A stretch of DNA of 59,836 bases, the filler included. It is 6 parts of 6 records of this genome, joined end to end, with 100 filler letters (N's around TTAATTAATTAA, not from the genome) between each part and the next. Parts side by side here need not be neighbours in the genome. Positions count along the whole stretch, not along the records: positions 14,155 to 32,699 come from SRR31147125_8530; positions 32,800 to 40,129 come from SRR31147125_8531; positions 40,230 to 53,394 come from SRR31147125_8540; 3 more parts are not named here. One strand, given 5' to 3'. A model generated the notes under the pieces. The model worked only from the letters and a program-made list of their open reading frames with translations. It was not told where the DNA came from and did no database searches. Positions 31,001 through 41,864 of this stretch are shown here, piece after piece (positions within the stretch are counted from its first letter, which is position 1; every line of letters starts with the position of its first letter). The position numbers were made by a program, and so were the translations under genes.

Positions 31001-32035
31001 ATGTCGGCGATTTTCGGGATGTTGATCACTATTGTTTCAGGTGCATTAAATGGAAGTTTTGCCGTTCCAATGAAAAAAACTGTAAAGTGGGAGTGGGAAA
31101 ATACCTGGTTTATTTATGCTTTGACGGCCATGATTTTGATTCCTTTGATTATAACGTTCCTGTTTGTACCGGATTTACTGAGCATTTACCAACAGACGCC
31201 TTCCGGTGTTCTGTGGCAGACCTTTCTTTTCGGTGTGGGGTGGGGAGTTGGCTCTGTGTTGTTCGGGTTAGGTTTATATTTGGTTGGTCTATCTCTTGGA
31301 TTTACCATTATGATAGGCATCATTTCCGTTTCCGGTGCCCTCATCCCCATGTTGGTTCATTATCCGGCCAGTTTATTAACACCAGGTGGCCTTTTCATTA
31401 TGCTCGCTATGGTTGTGACCATTTTCGGAGTCATGCGCTGCAGCCTTGCGGGAAAGACTCGTGAAATGGCTTTGGGCTCAGTTGAATCGTCTGATACTAA
31501 AAAAGGATCTTTTAAATTAGGACTCGTGGTGTGTATCCTTTCCGGAGTCCTGAGCAGCATGCTCAACTTTGCATTTCATTTTGGCAGCCCGATTGCTGAA
31601 AAAGCTCATATTTATCTGGGTAATAGCGCAACAGCATTCCAGACGAATCATACAATATGGTATATAACATTACTGGGTGGCTTTGTGCCTTTCCTGATTT
31701 ATTGTGGTTATCTCTTGATTCATAATCACTCCTGGAAAAAATATGCAGAAAGAGATACAAGCAGTTATTGGTTATGGGCTTCCTTTATGGGTGTTATGTG
31801 GATGGGGTGTATCGTGCTTTATGGCATTGGCGCTTCCATACTTGGTAAACTGGGTACCACTGTTGGCTGGTTAGTCCTGATGGCTTTTACTGTGCTGGTC
31901 GGTAATTTATGGGGTGTTATTACCGGTGAATGGAAAGGTGCACCAAAGAAAGCTAAAATACAGATGATTCAAGGTTTGTCGTTACTTATGGTCTCGGTTG
32001 TATTGGTTGGAGTGGGAAAAATGCTTCTTTCTTAA
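31001..32035 (+). CDS. L-rhamnose/proton symporter RhaT family
   Basis: GSFAVPMK..KWEWENTW, GVGWGVG, GNLWGVITGEWK; start ATG 31001 after GGAGG. Confidence 0.88.
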   Translation: MSAIFGMLITIVSGALNGSFAVPMKKTVKWEWENTWFIYALTAMILIPLIITFLFVPDLLSIYQQTPSGVLWQTFLFGVGWGVGSVLFGLGLYLVGLSLGFTIMIGIISVSGALIPMLVHYPASLLTPGGLFIMLAMVVTIFGVMRCSLAGKTREMALGSVESSDTKKGSFKLGLVVCILSGVLSSMLNFAFHFGSPIAEKAHIYLGNSATAFQTNHTIWYITLLGGFVPFLIYCGYLLIHNHSWKKYAERDTSSYWLWASFMGVMWMGCIVLYGIGASILGKLGTTVGWLVLMAFTVLVGNLWGVITGEWKGAPKKAKIQMIQGLSLLMVSVVLVGVGKMLLS

Positions 32036-32141
32036 CATAATCGGAGAGTATTCAACGAGTGATTATATATTACCCATAAATAGAGACAATCAATAATATT
32101 CATTTCAAATAATGCTGAACAAAATTAAAAGCAGGTCATAA

Positions 32142-32699
32142 ATGAAAAGACGGGAATTCCTAAAAACGATAGCTGCCGCATCACTGGCTTGTTCAACTCC
32201 TGGATGCACAACCAGGAAAAAGCCAGCTGTTTCGAAGCCAAATATATTATTCTGCATAGCTGACGATGCCTCTTTTCCACATTTTGGTGCTTATGGCTGC
32301 TCCTGGGTGAAAACACCGGGATTCGATCGCGTGGCCAAGGAGGGCGTCCTGTTCACCAATGCATACACACCAAATGCCAAGTGTGCACCTTCAAGGTCTT
32401 GTATATTGACAGGCCGGAATTCCTGGCAGCTGGAAGAAGCGGCGAATCACGTGCCTTTTTTCCCGCAGAAATTCAAGACCTATTGCGAAACACTTGGTGA
32501 AAATGGCTATCACGTCGGCTATACTGCCAAGGGCTGGGCACCGGGCAAGCCGGGTGAGATAAACGGCAAGAAGCGTCAGTTAACAGGCAAAGCCTATGAT
32601 GCTAAAACAACAACACCACCAGCCAAATTTATCGCGAATTCAGATTATGTCGCCAATTTCAAGGATTTTCTCGATGATAATCCGGATCATAAACCTTTT
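32142..32699 (+). CDS. Tat-exported S1 sulfatase, 3' truncated
   Basis: [28 protein letters not shown]. Confidence 0.92.
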
Positions 32700-32799
32700 N
32701 NNNNNNNNNNNNNNNNNNNNNNNNNNNNNNNNNNNNNNNNNNNTTAATTAATTAANNNNNNNNNNNNNNNNNNNNNNNNNNNNNNNNNNNNNNNNNNNN
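32700..32799. other. Artificial contig linker
   Basis: N44-TTAATTAATTAA-N44. Confidence 0.99.
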
Positions 32800-33157
32800 T
32801 TTTTTCAAATGTATTACCGTCCGGGAAAAAGTGTCTAAAAAAAGGATCGTTAAAAAATGGGCTGCGTGTTCTGTATTTTTGGACCTGACTGACATTTATA
32901 CCTACAACAGCCGGACTGACATTTTTGACCGCTATTGTTATTGCATTTTGTCTGGAATTCGATATCTCCATTGAGCTATGAGTGCTTTTAGCTATAAACC
33001 GGGCAGAGAAATCATTTTCCGCTATCTTTGAATCCGATAAACTGATCGATTTATGGGTTTTGAGATGAGTTTTGTTTTTTTGCAGCAGGATTGGTATCAG
33101 AATGGCACAACAAAAACCCATAAAGTAAATAAATATGTATTTTATATATTTTTTCAT
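32800..33157 (-). CDS. HtrA/DegQ-family serine protease N-terminus, 3' truncated
   Basis: TM anchor; AVKNVSPAVVGINV...DPFFRHFF. Confidence 0.8.
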
Positions 33158-33173
33158 ATTGCAGTTTAACTAA

Positions 33174-33824
33174 CTATGCCCTTTCTTTGATTTTATTCCC
33201 ATCTTTCAGAAACGCTTCAATGCCAATATCGGTTAATGGATGTTTCAGTAATTGTTCAACGACCTTGTAAGGAATGGTAGCAATGTGAGCACCTAATAGT
33301 GCCGCATCTTTAACATGCAATGTACTTCGGATACTGGCAACAATAATCTGGGTTGAGATGTTATAATTTTGAAAGATGGTGAGAATATCTTCAATCAATT
33401 CCATTCCAACCTGATTGGTATCATCGAGTCGACCGACAAACGGACACACAAAAGAAGCTCCTGCTTTTGCAGCCAAAAGTGCCTGCATCGGGCTGAAAAC
33501 AAGTGTGACATTTGTGCGTATTCCCTCACTTTCCAATTGTTTTACGGCGATTAATCCATCTTTACAGGCAGGGATTTTAACGACGATATTTTTATGGATT
33601 TTCGCCAGTTGTTTACTCTCCTCAATAATGCCTTTTGCATCCATACTGAGCGTTTCGGCACAAACAGGTCCGTCAACCACATTACAAATGGCTTTATAAA
33701 TCTCTTCCGGTAGTCCATCTTCTTTAGCTAAAAGAGTTGGATTGGTCGTTACACCATCAGCGATACCTAAAGCCGCAGCTTGTTTGATAGTTTCAACATT
33801 TGCTGAATCTATAAAAAATTTCAT
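33174..33824 (-). CDS. fsa: Transaldolase / fructose-6-phosphate aldolase
   Basis: [33 protein letters not shown]-like. Confidence 0.95.
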   Translation of the reverse strand: MKFFIDSANVETIKQAAALGIADGVTTNPTLLAKEDGLPEEIYKAICNVVDGPVCAETLSMDAKGIIEESKQLAKIHKNIVVKIPACKDGLIAVKQLESEGIRTNVTLVFSPMQALLAAKAGASFVCPFVGRLDDTNQVGMELIEDILTIFQNYNISTQIIVASIRSTLHVKDAALLGAHIATIPYKVVEQLLKHPLTDIGIEAFLKDGNKIKERA

Positions 33825-33833
33825 CTTTCCTCC

Positions 33834-34562
33834 TTAGTAATCAACTTGAACAAGGAATAAGCCAAGAGCAGGTGCTGTTGGCCCGGCAGCCCGACGATCT
33901 TTTTCCTCTAAAATGGAGGATATGTCATTGACCGTTAGTTTTTGTTTTCCCAGTTCGATAAATGTACCAACCAGAATTCTAACCATATTGTGCAGGAATC
34001 TATTGGCACCAATCTCAAACGTTATTTGTTCCCTTTTTTCCGTCCATTTAGCATATAACACGTTACTTTTATAATGTGCTACATCTGCACCAGCCTGACA
34101 GAATGATTTAAAATCATTTTCTCCAACAAGATATTTACACGCACTATTCATTGTCGAGATATCTAGTTTCTGCGGTACATACCAGGCATATGAACGGCCA
34201 ATGGCAAAAGGAGTTTTTTTTATTACATAGTGATAGTGCCTTGCTTTGGCACTAAAACGTGAATTAAATGTGTCTGAAACATGATCTGCGTCAAGAATTC
34301 GAATATCTCTTGGTAGAACCGCATTGCCACCGCGTTTAAAGTTTTCGACTGGGAGTCGACTCTGTGTGAAAAAATTTGCAACCTGGCCTAAAGCATGAAC
34401 ACCCGTATCCGTTCGACCAGCAGTGGCTACTTTAATTTTTTCCTGGGTGATTTGTGACAAAGAGCGTTCGACTTCACCTTGTATTGTTCGTAATTCAGGC
34501 TGGCATTGCCATCCACAAAAATCAGTGCCGTCATATTCGAGCACGAGACGAATGTTGCGCAT
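33834..34562 (-). CDS. truA: tRNA pseudouridine(38-40) synthase
   Basis: EYDGTDFCGWQ, AGRTDTGVHA, FLHNMVR, TAPALGL. Confidence 0.97.
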   Translation of the reverse strand: MRNIRLVLEYDGTDFCGWQCQPELRTIQGEVERSLSQITQEKIKVATAGRTDTGVHALGQVANFFTQSRLPVENFKRGGNAVLPRDIRILDADHVSDTFNSRFSAKARHYHYVIKKTPFAIGRSYAWYVPQKLDISTMNSACKYLVGENDFKSFCQAGADVAHYKSNVLYAKWTEKREQITFEIGANRFLHNMVRILVGTFIELGKQKLTVNDISSILEEKDRRAAGPTAPALGLFLVQVDY

Positions 34563-34577
34563 CTATGGTCATCAACC

Positions 34578-35393
34578 TCAATCAAAATTTATAATATGGA
34601 GCCACACGTTTAAAATCAAACAGATCACACAAAAGCCTAAAACGATGTAATCATGTATCTTAAAGGTTAAATGTTTAAATGTCGTACGTCCTTCTCCGCC
34701 CGTATAACATCGGGAATCCATAGCCAGGGCCAAATCATCCGCGCGACGAAACGCGGCAATAAACAAGGGTAAAATAAGTGGAATCAGATTTTGGATTCGT
34801 TTGATGATATTACCCTCAAATGTCGCTCCTCTGGATATTTGAGCATTTTTCAATCTTTGTGCTTCTTCCATGAGTGTAGGGATGAACCTGAGAGAAAGTG
34901 TTAACATCAGGACTATCTCATGTGTTGGAATACGCACTTTTTTTAATGGTGAAAATAATTTTTCCAGAGCATCTGTTAACTCGATTGGAGACGTTGATAA
35001 TGTTAGAATTGCAGCCAGTACAATAAGTAAAGCCAATCGAAGTGAATAAGCAATTCCAAATTTAATGCCTTCAATGGTCAGGTCTAAATTCAAGACCGGT
35101 ATGGTGGCTATAATATGCCCTGGTGTCCATAAAATATGGATAAAAAGGGTAATTATGAATAACCAGATAAAAGGTTTCAAGTTCCTGAATACGATAGTCA
35201 GGGGTATTTGTGAAATCGCAACAATAATAACCGAAAAAATGAGGTATCCAGTCAGAATAATTGGTTTGTCTGATATCATGAGACTTGTCATCAAAAGCAT
35301 GATGGCAACCAATTTCGTTCTTGGATCCAAACCGTGAATGAAAGAATTTTTCGGATAATAATGCCCGAGGCTAATGTCGTTTAATAATGTCAT
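34578..35393 (-). CDS. ecfT: ECF transporter transmembrane component T
   Basis: LDPRTK, LRFIPTL, AQISRG, AMDSRCY; likely start ATG 35393. Confidence 0.93.
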   Translation of the reverse strand: MTLLNDISLGHYYPKNSFIHGLDPRTKLVAIMLLMTSLMISDKPIILTGYLIFSVIIVAISQIPLTIVFRNLKPFIWLFIITLFIHILWTPGHIIATIPVLNLDLTIEGIKFGIAYSLRLALLIVLAAILTLSTSPIELTDALEKLFSPLKKVRIPTHEIVLMLTLSLRFIPTLMEEAQRLKNAQISRGATFEGNIIKRIQNLIPLILPLFIAAFRRADDLALAMDSRCYTGGEGRTTFKHLTFKIHDYIVLGFCVICLILNVWLHIINFD

Positions 35394-35767
35394 AATTATT
35401 CTCAACTTCTTCAAATATAAAGATAATATCGAGAAAAATCAATAAAAACTCTGTCACTATTGTTATTGATGAATTTTAAAAAATGTGGTTCAGTAAAAGG
35501 AAAATTGTATGCAATCGTGTCGTAGAATTCGATTAAACTAATTAATCCCGGGTAAAGTTTATAATAAACCGTTCGTTGGCGCATTTTTAACTTGATATTT
35601 TAGGCATTTTTAGCTATTTTTTCAGACAAAGTATAAAAAGGAATATATTTTGAAAAAAAAATGCCTTTCGACACATCTCCTTATTTCATCATCCCTGTTG
35701 TTGAGAAATCTTTTATTTATTTATAAATTTAATCACCATTTTTTTGCATCCCCAGGAGGAAACTGAT

Positions 35768-37804
35768 ATGCTTGATGTGAAATCAAAATCTACCTCTGAA
35801 AAATTTACACCCTATGTTGCAGCTGATTCAGATATGAAAGAAATGACCTTTAAAGCCCTTTTCGTAGGTGTTTTACTGGCAATGATCTTGGGAGCTGCTA
35901 ATGTATACCTTGGTCTTAAAGCAGGTATGACAGTAGCGGCAACATTTCCGGCAGCCGTTATATCCATGGCTGTGCTTAGACCTTTTAGGGCAAATATATT
36001 AGAAGAAAACCTTGCTCGTACAACCGGTGCTGTTGGTGAAGCGTTGGCTGCCGGCGCGATCTTTACCATCCCGGCGTTTGTGCTCGCTGGTGTTTGGCAG
36101 GATTTTGATTATTTAAAAAGTACATTATTAATGCTTGTCGGAGGCGTGTTGGGCGTCCTTTTTATAGTGATATTGCGACGTACACTGATTGAAGATCCAA
36201 CTCTTCCATATCCGGAAAGCAAGGCTTGTGCCGAAATCGTCAAAGCCGGGCAAAGTGGACAATCCGGTGCAAAGTATGTTTTTGGTCCAATGGGATTAGC
36301 CGCATTTATTGAGTTATTAAAAAATGAGAACGGTTTACGCCTGGTTAAAGATTCTGTATCCGGTTTTTTTCAATTCAGTACCTCTAAAATCATGCTATTG
36401 AATTCAAAAAGCAGTGTTATTGAAATGTTATCCCAAACAGGGGAAAAAATAAAAGCACAATTCAATTTCCAGGGTGGCATGTTTGTACAAAGTCCGGCAT
36501 CATCTCCAGCGTTTGTGGGCGTTGGTTATATTATCGGATTCAAGCTGGCGGCTATCACTTTTTCAGGAGGTGTTTTCGGTTGGATGTTTTTAATGCCTCT
36601 CGTGCTCTTTTTGATGGGTGGCCAGCTGGAACCTTTTACCGCAACAGAGGGCTGGGCGACTATAGCAAAAGCGGCTTATAGTTCCACAGTCAAACCCATC
36701 GCTGTAGGTGGAATGTTAGTTGGAGCGTTTTACACTCTGTTTAAAATGCGTACAAGCTTAATGAGTGGCATTTCACGTGGAGTTCGAGATGTTAAACAGG
36801 CTGGTAGCGCTGGTTCTCAAGTCTCCCGTACGGATAAAGACGCACCATTTGGTATGGTTATCATATCCATTGTTGTCCTGATTGTTTGTATGGTTATTCT
36901 TTATCAAACATTTAGTCACAATTGGGGATCTGCCTTATTAGCCGCCGTTGTTATGGCTTTAGCCGGATTTGTCTTTGCAGCTGTAGCCGGATATCTGGTG
37001 GGTATTATCGGAAGCTCTTCAAATCCTATTTCAGGGCTGACTCTTTCTACTTTGCTAATAGCAGCTTTATTGATGGTTATGGTTGGAATGAAAGGGGATC
37101 CTGGTGTGGCCGCTGTACTGGCTGTTGCCTCTGTTGTTTGTTGTGTCGCTGGTGTGGCTGGTGACATGATGCAGGATCTCAAAGTTGGATATTTTTTAGG
37201 TGGTACTCCCTGGCGCATGCAAATTGGTGAAATTATCGGTGTTATTGCTGCGGCTCTTGTTCTCGTGCTTCCTATTATGATATTACATGCTGCTAATGGA
37301 ATCGGTAGTGATGCTTTACCAGCTCCACAGGCCGGATTAATGGCTATGATGAGTAAAGGCATTGTAGGTGGCGAAATGGCCTGGCCGTTAGTTATTTCAG
37401 GTATGTTATTTGCTATAGCTCTTATTCTCATTGGATCCCCTTCGCCGATGTTGATTTCTGTAGGAATGTATTTGCCGTTTAATACGACTTTTGCGATATT
37501 TGTTGGTGGATTTATCAAATATCTTGTAGACAGAGCTGCAAAAAAGAGAACAACAGATGATAAAGATAAAGAAAAAATTGAAAATACCGGATTATTGTTA
37601 GCATCCGGACTTGTCGCAGGTGAGGCTCTGACCGGAATTTTATTGGCTGCTCTCGTTGTCAGTAATATAAATCTTAAACAATTAATTGGTATACCTGAAA
37701 CCTTTGATGGCTTCTGGTGGCTTGGAGTTGTGGTTTTTCTGGTGTTAGGGTATGTTTTAATCCAATACCCGCTCAAGCGATTTGCCAATGAGAATAAAAA
37801 GTAA
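35768..37804 (+). CDS. OPT-family oligopeptide transporter
   Basis: NVYLGLKAG, LPYPESKA, SSNPISG, DLKVGY, PAPQA, ASGLVAGE; start ATG 35768 after AGGAGG. Confidence 0.95.
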   Translation: MLDVKSKSTSEKFTPYVAADSDMKEMTFKALFVGVLLAMILGAANVYLGLKAGMTVAATFPAAVISMAVLRPFRANILEENLARTTGAVGEALAAGAIFTIPAFVLAGVWQDFDYLKSTLLMLVGGVLGVLFIVILRRTLIEDPTLPYPESKACAEIVKAGQSGQSGAKYVFGPMGLAAFIELLKNENGLRLVKDSVSGFFQFSTSKIMLLNSKSSVIEMLSQTGEKIKAQFNFQGGMFVQSPASSPAFVGVGYIIGFKLAAITFSGGVFGWMFLMPLVLFLMGGQLEPFTATEGWATIAKAAYSSTVKPIAVGGMLVGAFYTLFKMRTSLMSGISRGVRDVKQAGSAGSQVSRTDKDAPFGMVIISIVVLIVCMVILYQTFSHNWGSALLAAVVMALAGFVFAAVAGYLVGIIGSSSNPISGLTLSTLLIAALLMVMVGMKGDPGVAAVLAVASVVCCVAGVAGDMMQDLKVGYFLGGTPWRMQIGEIIGVIAAALVLVLPIMILHAANGIGSDALPAPQAGLMAMMSKGIVGGEMAWPLVISGMLFAIALILIGSPSPMLISVGMYLPFNTTFAIFVGGFIKYLVDRAAKKRTTDDKDKEKIENTGLLLASGLVAGEALTGILLAALVVSNINLKQLIGIPETFDGFWWLGVVVFLVLGYVLIQYPLKRFANENKK

Positions 37805-37818
37805 GATTGACATTTTAT

Positions 37819-38199
37819 ATGAATAAAAAAGAAAAAAATATAATCCAGCACAAGCCTGATAATGTGCTTGAATTCAGCCCATTTCATGCTATTGAGTGGG
37901 AAGAGAACGATGACAATACAGTAACTATTATAAAGCCCAAGTTTCAGAATGTGTTGTTGGTTAAATATCTCTTACCACTCTTGAAACATAAGAATTTTAA
38001 AATTCAGTTAGACGATTTTGGCAGTTGGGTCTGGCATCAAATCGACGGCCAAAAGACTGTTTTACAGATTGGAGATATTATGTTACAGGAGTTTGGTGAT
38101 AAGGCAGAGCCTGTTTATCAAAGACTGGGTTTATTTATTAATCTCCTGTTGCGGCAGAAATTTATTGCTCTGAATAAAAAAAGGTGTCAGTATAAGTAA
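37819..38199 (+). CDS. PqqD-family / RiPP-recognition-element-like protein
   Basis: IQLDDFGSWVWHQIDGQKTVLQIG...RLGLFINLL..KFI matches the PqqD winged-helix pattern. Confidence 0.8.
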   Translation: MNKKEKNIIQHKPDNVLEFSPFHAIEWEENDDNTVTIIKPKFQNVLLVKYLLPLLKHKNFKIQLDDFGSWVWHQIDGQKTVLQIGDIMLQEFGDKAEPVYQRLGLFINLLLRQKFIALNKKRCQYK

Positions 38200-38286
38200 A
38201 GACCTCTTGAAATTGTAACTTTTCCAAGGGTTTGTTTTTTTTGCACTTACATTACATTGATTATTCGTCTGTGGGGAAGAGTATCT

Positions 38287-39240
38287 ATGACAAACAAACA
38301 AAAAGCGGCTCATATTATATTAAAGAATTGCCTGGACGTTAAAAAAAATGAGGAATTACTCATCCTGGCGGATGATCCTCTTACAGATATTGCTACAGTC
38401 CTTTTTGACGCGGCCAGCAAGCGCACAAAAAACACCTATTTTACACAAATAAAATCTCAATTTCTGCAAAAGGGAATAAGCAATTCGCTTGCTCATATGA
38501 TGCAATCTATGGATGTTATTATTGCAGTTACATCTCATTCCATATCCCACACGAAAGCAAGAAGAGAAGCCTGCCGAAATGGTACCCGGGTTATCAGTAT
38601 GCCGAACATAACTGTGCCCACTTTTTCCAGAATTGCAAATACCAATTTTGACAAGATGGCTCGCCTGGCACGGATTTTAAGAGATATTCTTACTTTTGCT
38701 AAAGAAGTGTCAGTATCTGCTCCTAATGGAACGGAATTATGCATACCCATTTCTCAACGTAAAGGCTATTCAGACACGGGTTTGGTTAAAAAACCGGGAC
38801 AATTTTCCAATATTCCGGCTGGCGAGGCGTCACTGGCCCCTGATGATGGAAAGACTGAAGGAATACTGGTTGTGGACAGTGGATTGGGTATTCATAAGAG
38901 CGATGAGGAAAAACTTTTAATAACTCTAAAGAATGGGCGTGCTGTTCGCATTTCAGGAGGGAATCCTGCCCGACGATTACGAAGCTTGCTTTCACCACAT
39001 GGAACTCAAAGCCGGTTGGTGGCAGAATTTGGAATCGGGACAAATCCATCCGCCAGGTTGTCCGGTTATTCACTTGAAGACGAAAAAGTATTGGGGACCG
39101 TGCATGTAGCTTTGGGTAATAATATTTCATTTGGTGGAAACAATGACGTAGGTATTCATCTTGATGCTGTGGTTTATAATGCCACTGTGGTTATTGATGG
39201 ACGTAAAATATTGGAAAAGGGGAGATTAGTTCTGGAATAG
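38287..39240 (+). CDS. Thermophilic-type (M29/AmpS-like) aminopeptidase
   Basis: NIPAGE, AEFGIGTN, EDEKVLGTVHVALG, IHLD. Confidence 0.88.
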   Translation: MTNKQKAAHIILKNCLDVKKNEELLILADDPLTDIATVLFDAASKRTKNTYFTQIKSQFLQKGISNSLAHMMQSMDVIIAVTSHSISHTKARREACRNGTRVISMPNITVPTFSRIANTNFDKMARLARILRDILTFAKEVSVSAPNGTELCIPISQRKGYSDTGLVKKPGQFSNIPAGEASLAPDDGKTEGILVVDSGLGIHKSDEEKLLITLKNGRAVRISGGNPARRLRSLLSPHGTQSRLVAEFGIGTNPSARLSGYSLEDEKVLGTVHVALGNNISFGGNNDVGIHLDAVVYNATVVIDGRKILEKGRLVLE

Positions 39241-39317
39241 GGAATAATACTATAATTTTCTCATTAGGAATTTAACAGGATATATTCTGCTTTTATTGCT
39301 GTGTTGTTTTAAAAGTA

Positions 39318-39428
39318 ACGGACAGGGGGATTTCATCCCGTTGGAAAAAAATGGGTAATCGGGGATTCTATTATGCGTAAAGTATAAATCTTTCCTTTAA
39401 TTCGCCTGGGATGAATTCCGTTTTCCGT
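39318..39428. repeat. Imperfect inverted-repeat doublet (REPIN/MITE-like) between convergent genes
   Basis: ACGGACAGGGGGATTTCATCCC (39318-39339) versus GGGATGAATTCCGTTTTCCGT (39408-39428). Confidence 0.55.
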
Positions 39429-39453
39429 CAAAACTGCTATGAGATCGATTTAA

Positions 39454-40129
39454 CTAAAAGACAAATGTTCTGAGATACAGATACACAAGTGGGGCGGATA
39501 TAGTAAGACTGTCAAATCGATCCATTATTCCTCCATGTCCGGGGATGAGAGAAGAAGAATCTTTAACACCTGCATCTCTCTTAAACATGGATTCGAACAG
39601 ATCACCATATTGACCAAAGATACCCACGATGGCACCTATAACCAGAGAATCTATTACACGTAACCCAACGATAAACCAGATATGGCAAATATAGGCAGTT
39701 AAAATTGCGAATATAAAGCCGGCAATTGTTCCTTCAACTGTTTTATTAGGACTAATTCGCTCTATTAATTTATGCTTGCCAAAATAGGAACCAAAAATAT
39801 AAGCGGCTGTATCGCAGATCCATGTCGCCAGGATCATCATCACAATCCATTTTCCTGCCGGACCATAATCCAGACCATAGCGGGTCGGAAGTTCCCGAAT
39901 CAATACAAAACTACCAAAGAGCAGGCTAAAGTACAAAGTTCCGAAAAATGTGGTTGAGGCGTTCAGGAGAGGAGAACCTTTTGTACTGTAAAGTTCGCTA
40001 AAAAAGATAATAATTAGAGACAGAAAAAGAGTAGGTACAAGCGCAAACTCGCCTGAGAAATAAAGTGAGAAAATAATGGCTATGCTTGTTATACCTCCAA
40101 TAAGGAGTTTGGAAAAAGCTCCTTTTTTT
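39454..40129 (-). CDS. cdsA: Phosphatidate cytidylyltransferase, 5' truncated
   Basis: DTAAY, ISPNKTVEG, GDLFESMFKRDAGVKDSS.LIPGHGGIMDRFDS; frame open to the contig end. Confidence 0.95.
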
Positions 40130-40229
40130 NNNNNNNNNNNNNNNNNNNNNNNNNNNNNNNNNNNNNNNNNNNNTTAATTAATTAANNNNNNNNNNNNNNN
40201 NNNNNNNNNNNNNNNNNNNNNNNNNNNNN
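40130..40229. other. Artificial contig linker
   Basis: N44-TTAATTAATTAA-N44. Confidence 0.99.
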
Positions 40230-41764
40230 AAATAGTATTCTGCTATATTTCCTACAATCTTATCTTTATTCGATAAATACTTAAGTAATATATTGGTATC
40301 TAATTCTATATCAATATTAAACACATCCTCAAATTCGTTTTTATTAGGAAAAAGTTTATAAAATCTATACAAATCCTGAAAAAATTGTGTGTAAACTTTT
40401 TTGCTTTTCATATTTGCATTTAACCTCTCATCCTCTTCATTCACCTCATTCATAGCTTTCATTTCCATATTAAACATTTCCAGCATCATCGATTTTTGTA
40501 GTGTTGGCATATATTTAATATTTAGACAAAACGAGTATTTATCTGAATTACAAAGGAATGACGATCGCTCAATTCCTTCTATAAACTTTGAAGTATCGAA
40601 TTCTTTTTCATCGGTTTGTACAATATCTTTTAAAACAATATTTTGATGGTAAAAAGGAACAAACCAATTACTCATCCTATTAAAAAATGGGAATCTCTTG
40701 AGCATGGCAAATGCACTTAAAAACACATCTGAGCCTTCCATTTGCATCATGGAGAATTCTTCAAATTTGTTATAAAGATCGGGAGTGTCTTCAAATACTT
40801 TTTTCCATTCCGGGTTTTTATCTTCGAAATGTTCAACTGACAATATATTGTCTAAATCAAGCTTCTCATCGAGTTTGGTCTTAATTTTCATCATATGAGG
40901 AAGAATATCTTCCCTAATCTTCTTGGATATTTTTTCTGTTTCCTTAGATTTTAGAAATTGAATGATTACCTGCTCAATTTGTTTTGCAAAATCTTCATTA
41001 TTTCCATATGAATTTAACCGGTTGTAGATTTCAGGATAAAACTCAATTCTTTTACCGTAAACCAGCATTGATAAAAAGAAACCGACAAAAGCTCTTTGCC
41101 ATAGCTGATCTTCTTTTTGCTCATAAATAGTAAATAAAAGAATGATTTTTTGTGGATCGAAAAATCGAAGTGATGATAGTATTATTGAGCTAATCAACAA
41201 ACTTTTATGGTACCAGGTAAATCTTTTTGATTCAAAGAATTCTTTTACAATCTCATTTTGAACATCAGAATATTTATCGGATAACCATAAAATATTAAAT
41301 ACTCGTTCAACGGCTTCATCAACCTCTCTGGAGATATTTGTGTCTGTCCCTTCGAGCAATTCAGTCATATTCAATCCATAAAATATTTCTTCTATAAGTT
41401 GATGACCTTCTTTTTCCCCCCATGAAGAAACAGAACGGTTTACCTCATGCTTTTTCGCCGAATAAGACAACAAATTATCATTGCATATAATTTGCTCTTT
41501 AACTTCATCATTTAGAGCCAACAACGATTTTTGAAGGTTTGCATATATTTTATCTCTCTCAGGATCGGGTTGAAATTCGAAGGAATATTTTAAGATATTT
41601 TTATACGTCTCAAAATGTTTCTCGTATCGGTTACGGTAATCTATGTTTTTACACTGTAATACAGCTTGTTCTAGCTGCATAAAAGTTTCCGATAGCTTTC
41701 CTTCAAAAATACTAATTGATATATTTTTATATGTTTGTTGTAATTCTTTTAATGTCATAATCAT
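40230..41764 (-). CDS. Bacteroidales conserved helical/TPR-repeat protein, 3' truncated
   Basis: DPERD, QMEGSDV, LKRFPFF..SNWFVPF, LCNSDKYSF, QDLYRFYKL. Confidence 0.75.
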
Positions 41765-41864
41765 AAGATTTGTAGGATTTAATCAATAACTATTCCGTAC
41801 TTGATTATAGACAGGTTGGCTGTTATTATTTTTATCGTAAAGACATTGTGGCAGCTAATAAAGT

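Noticed and set aside
36916-37887. 323-aa minus-strand ORF (also 56702-57460, 29882-30468, 12718-13263)
   Set aside because: Antisense or alternate-frame overlaps of well-supported genes, with no recognisable motifs
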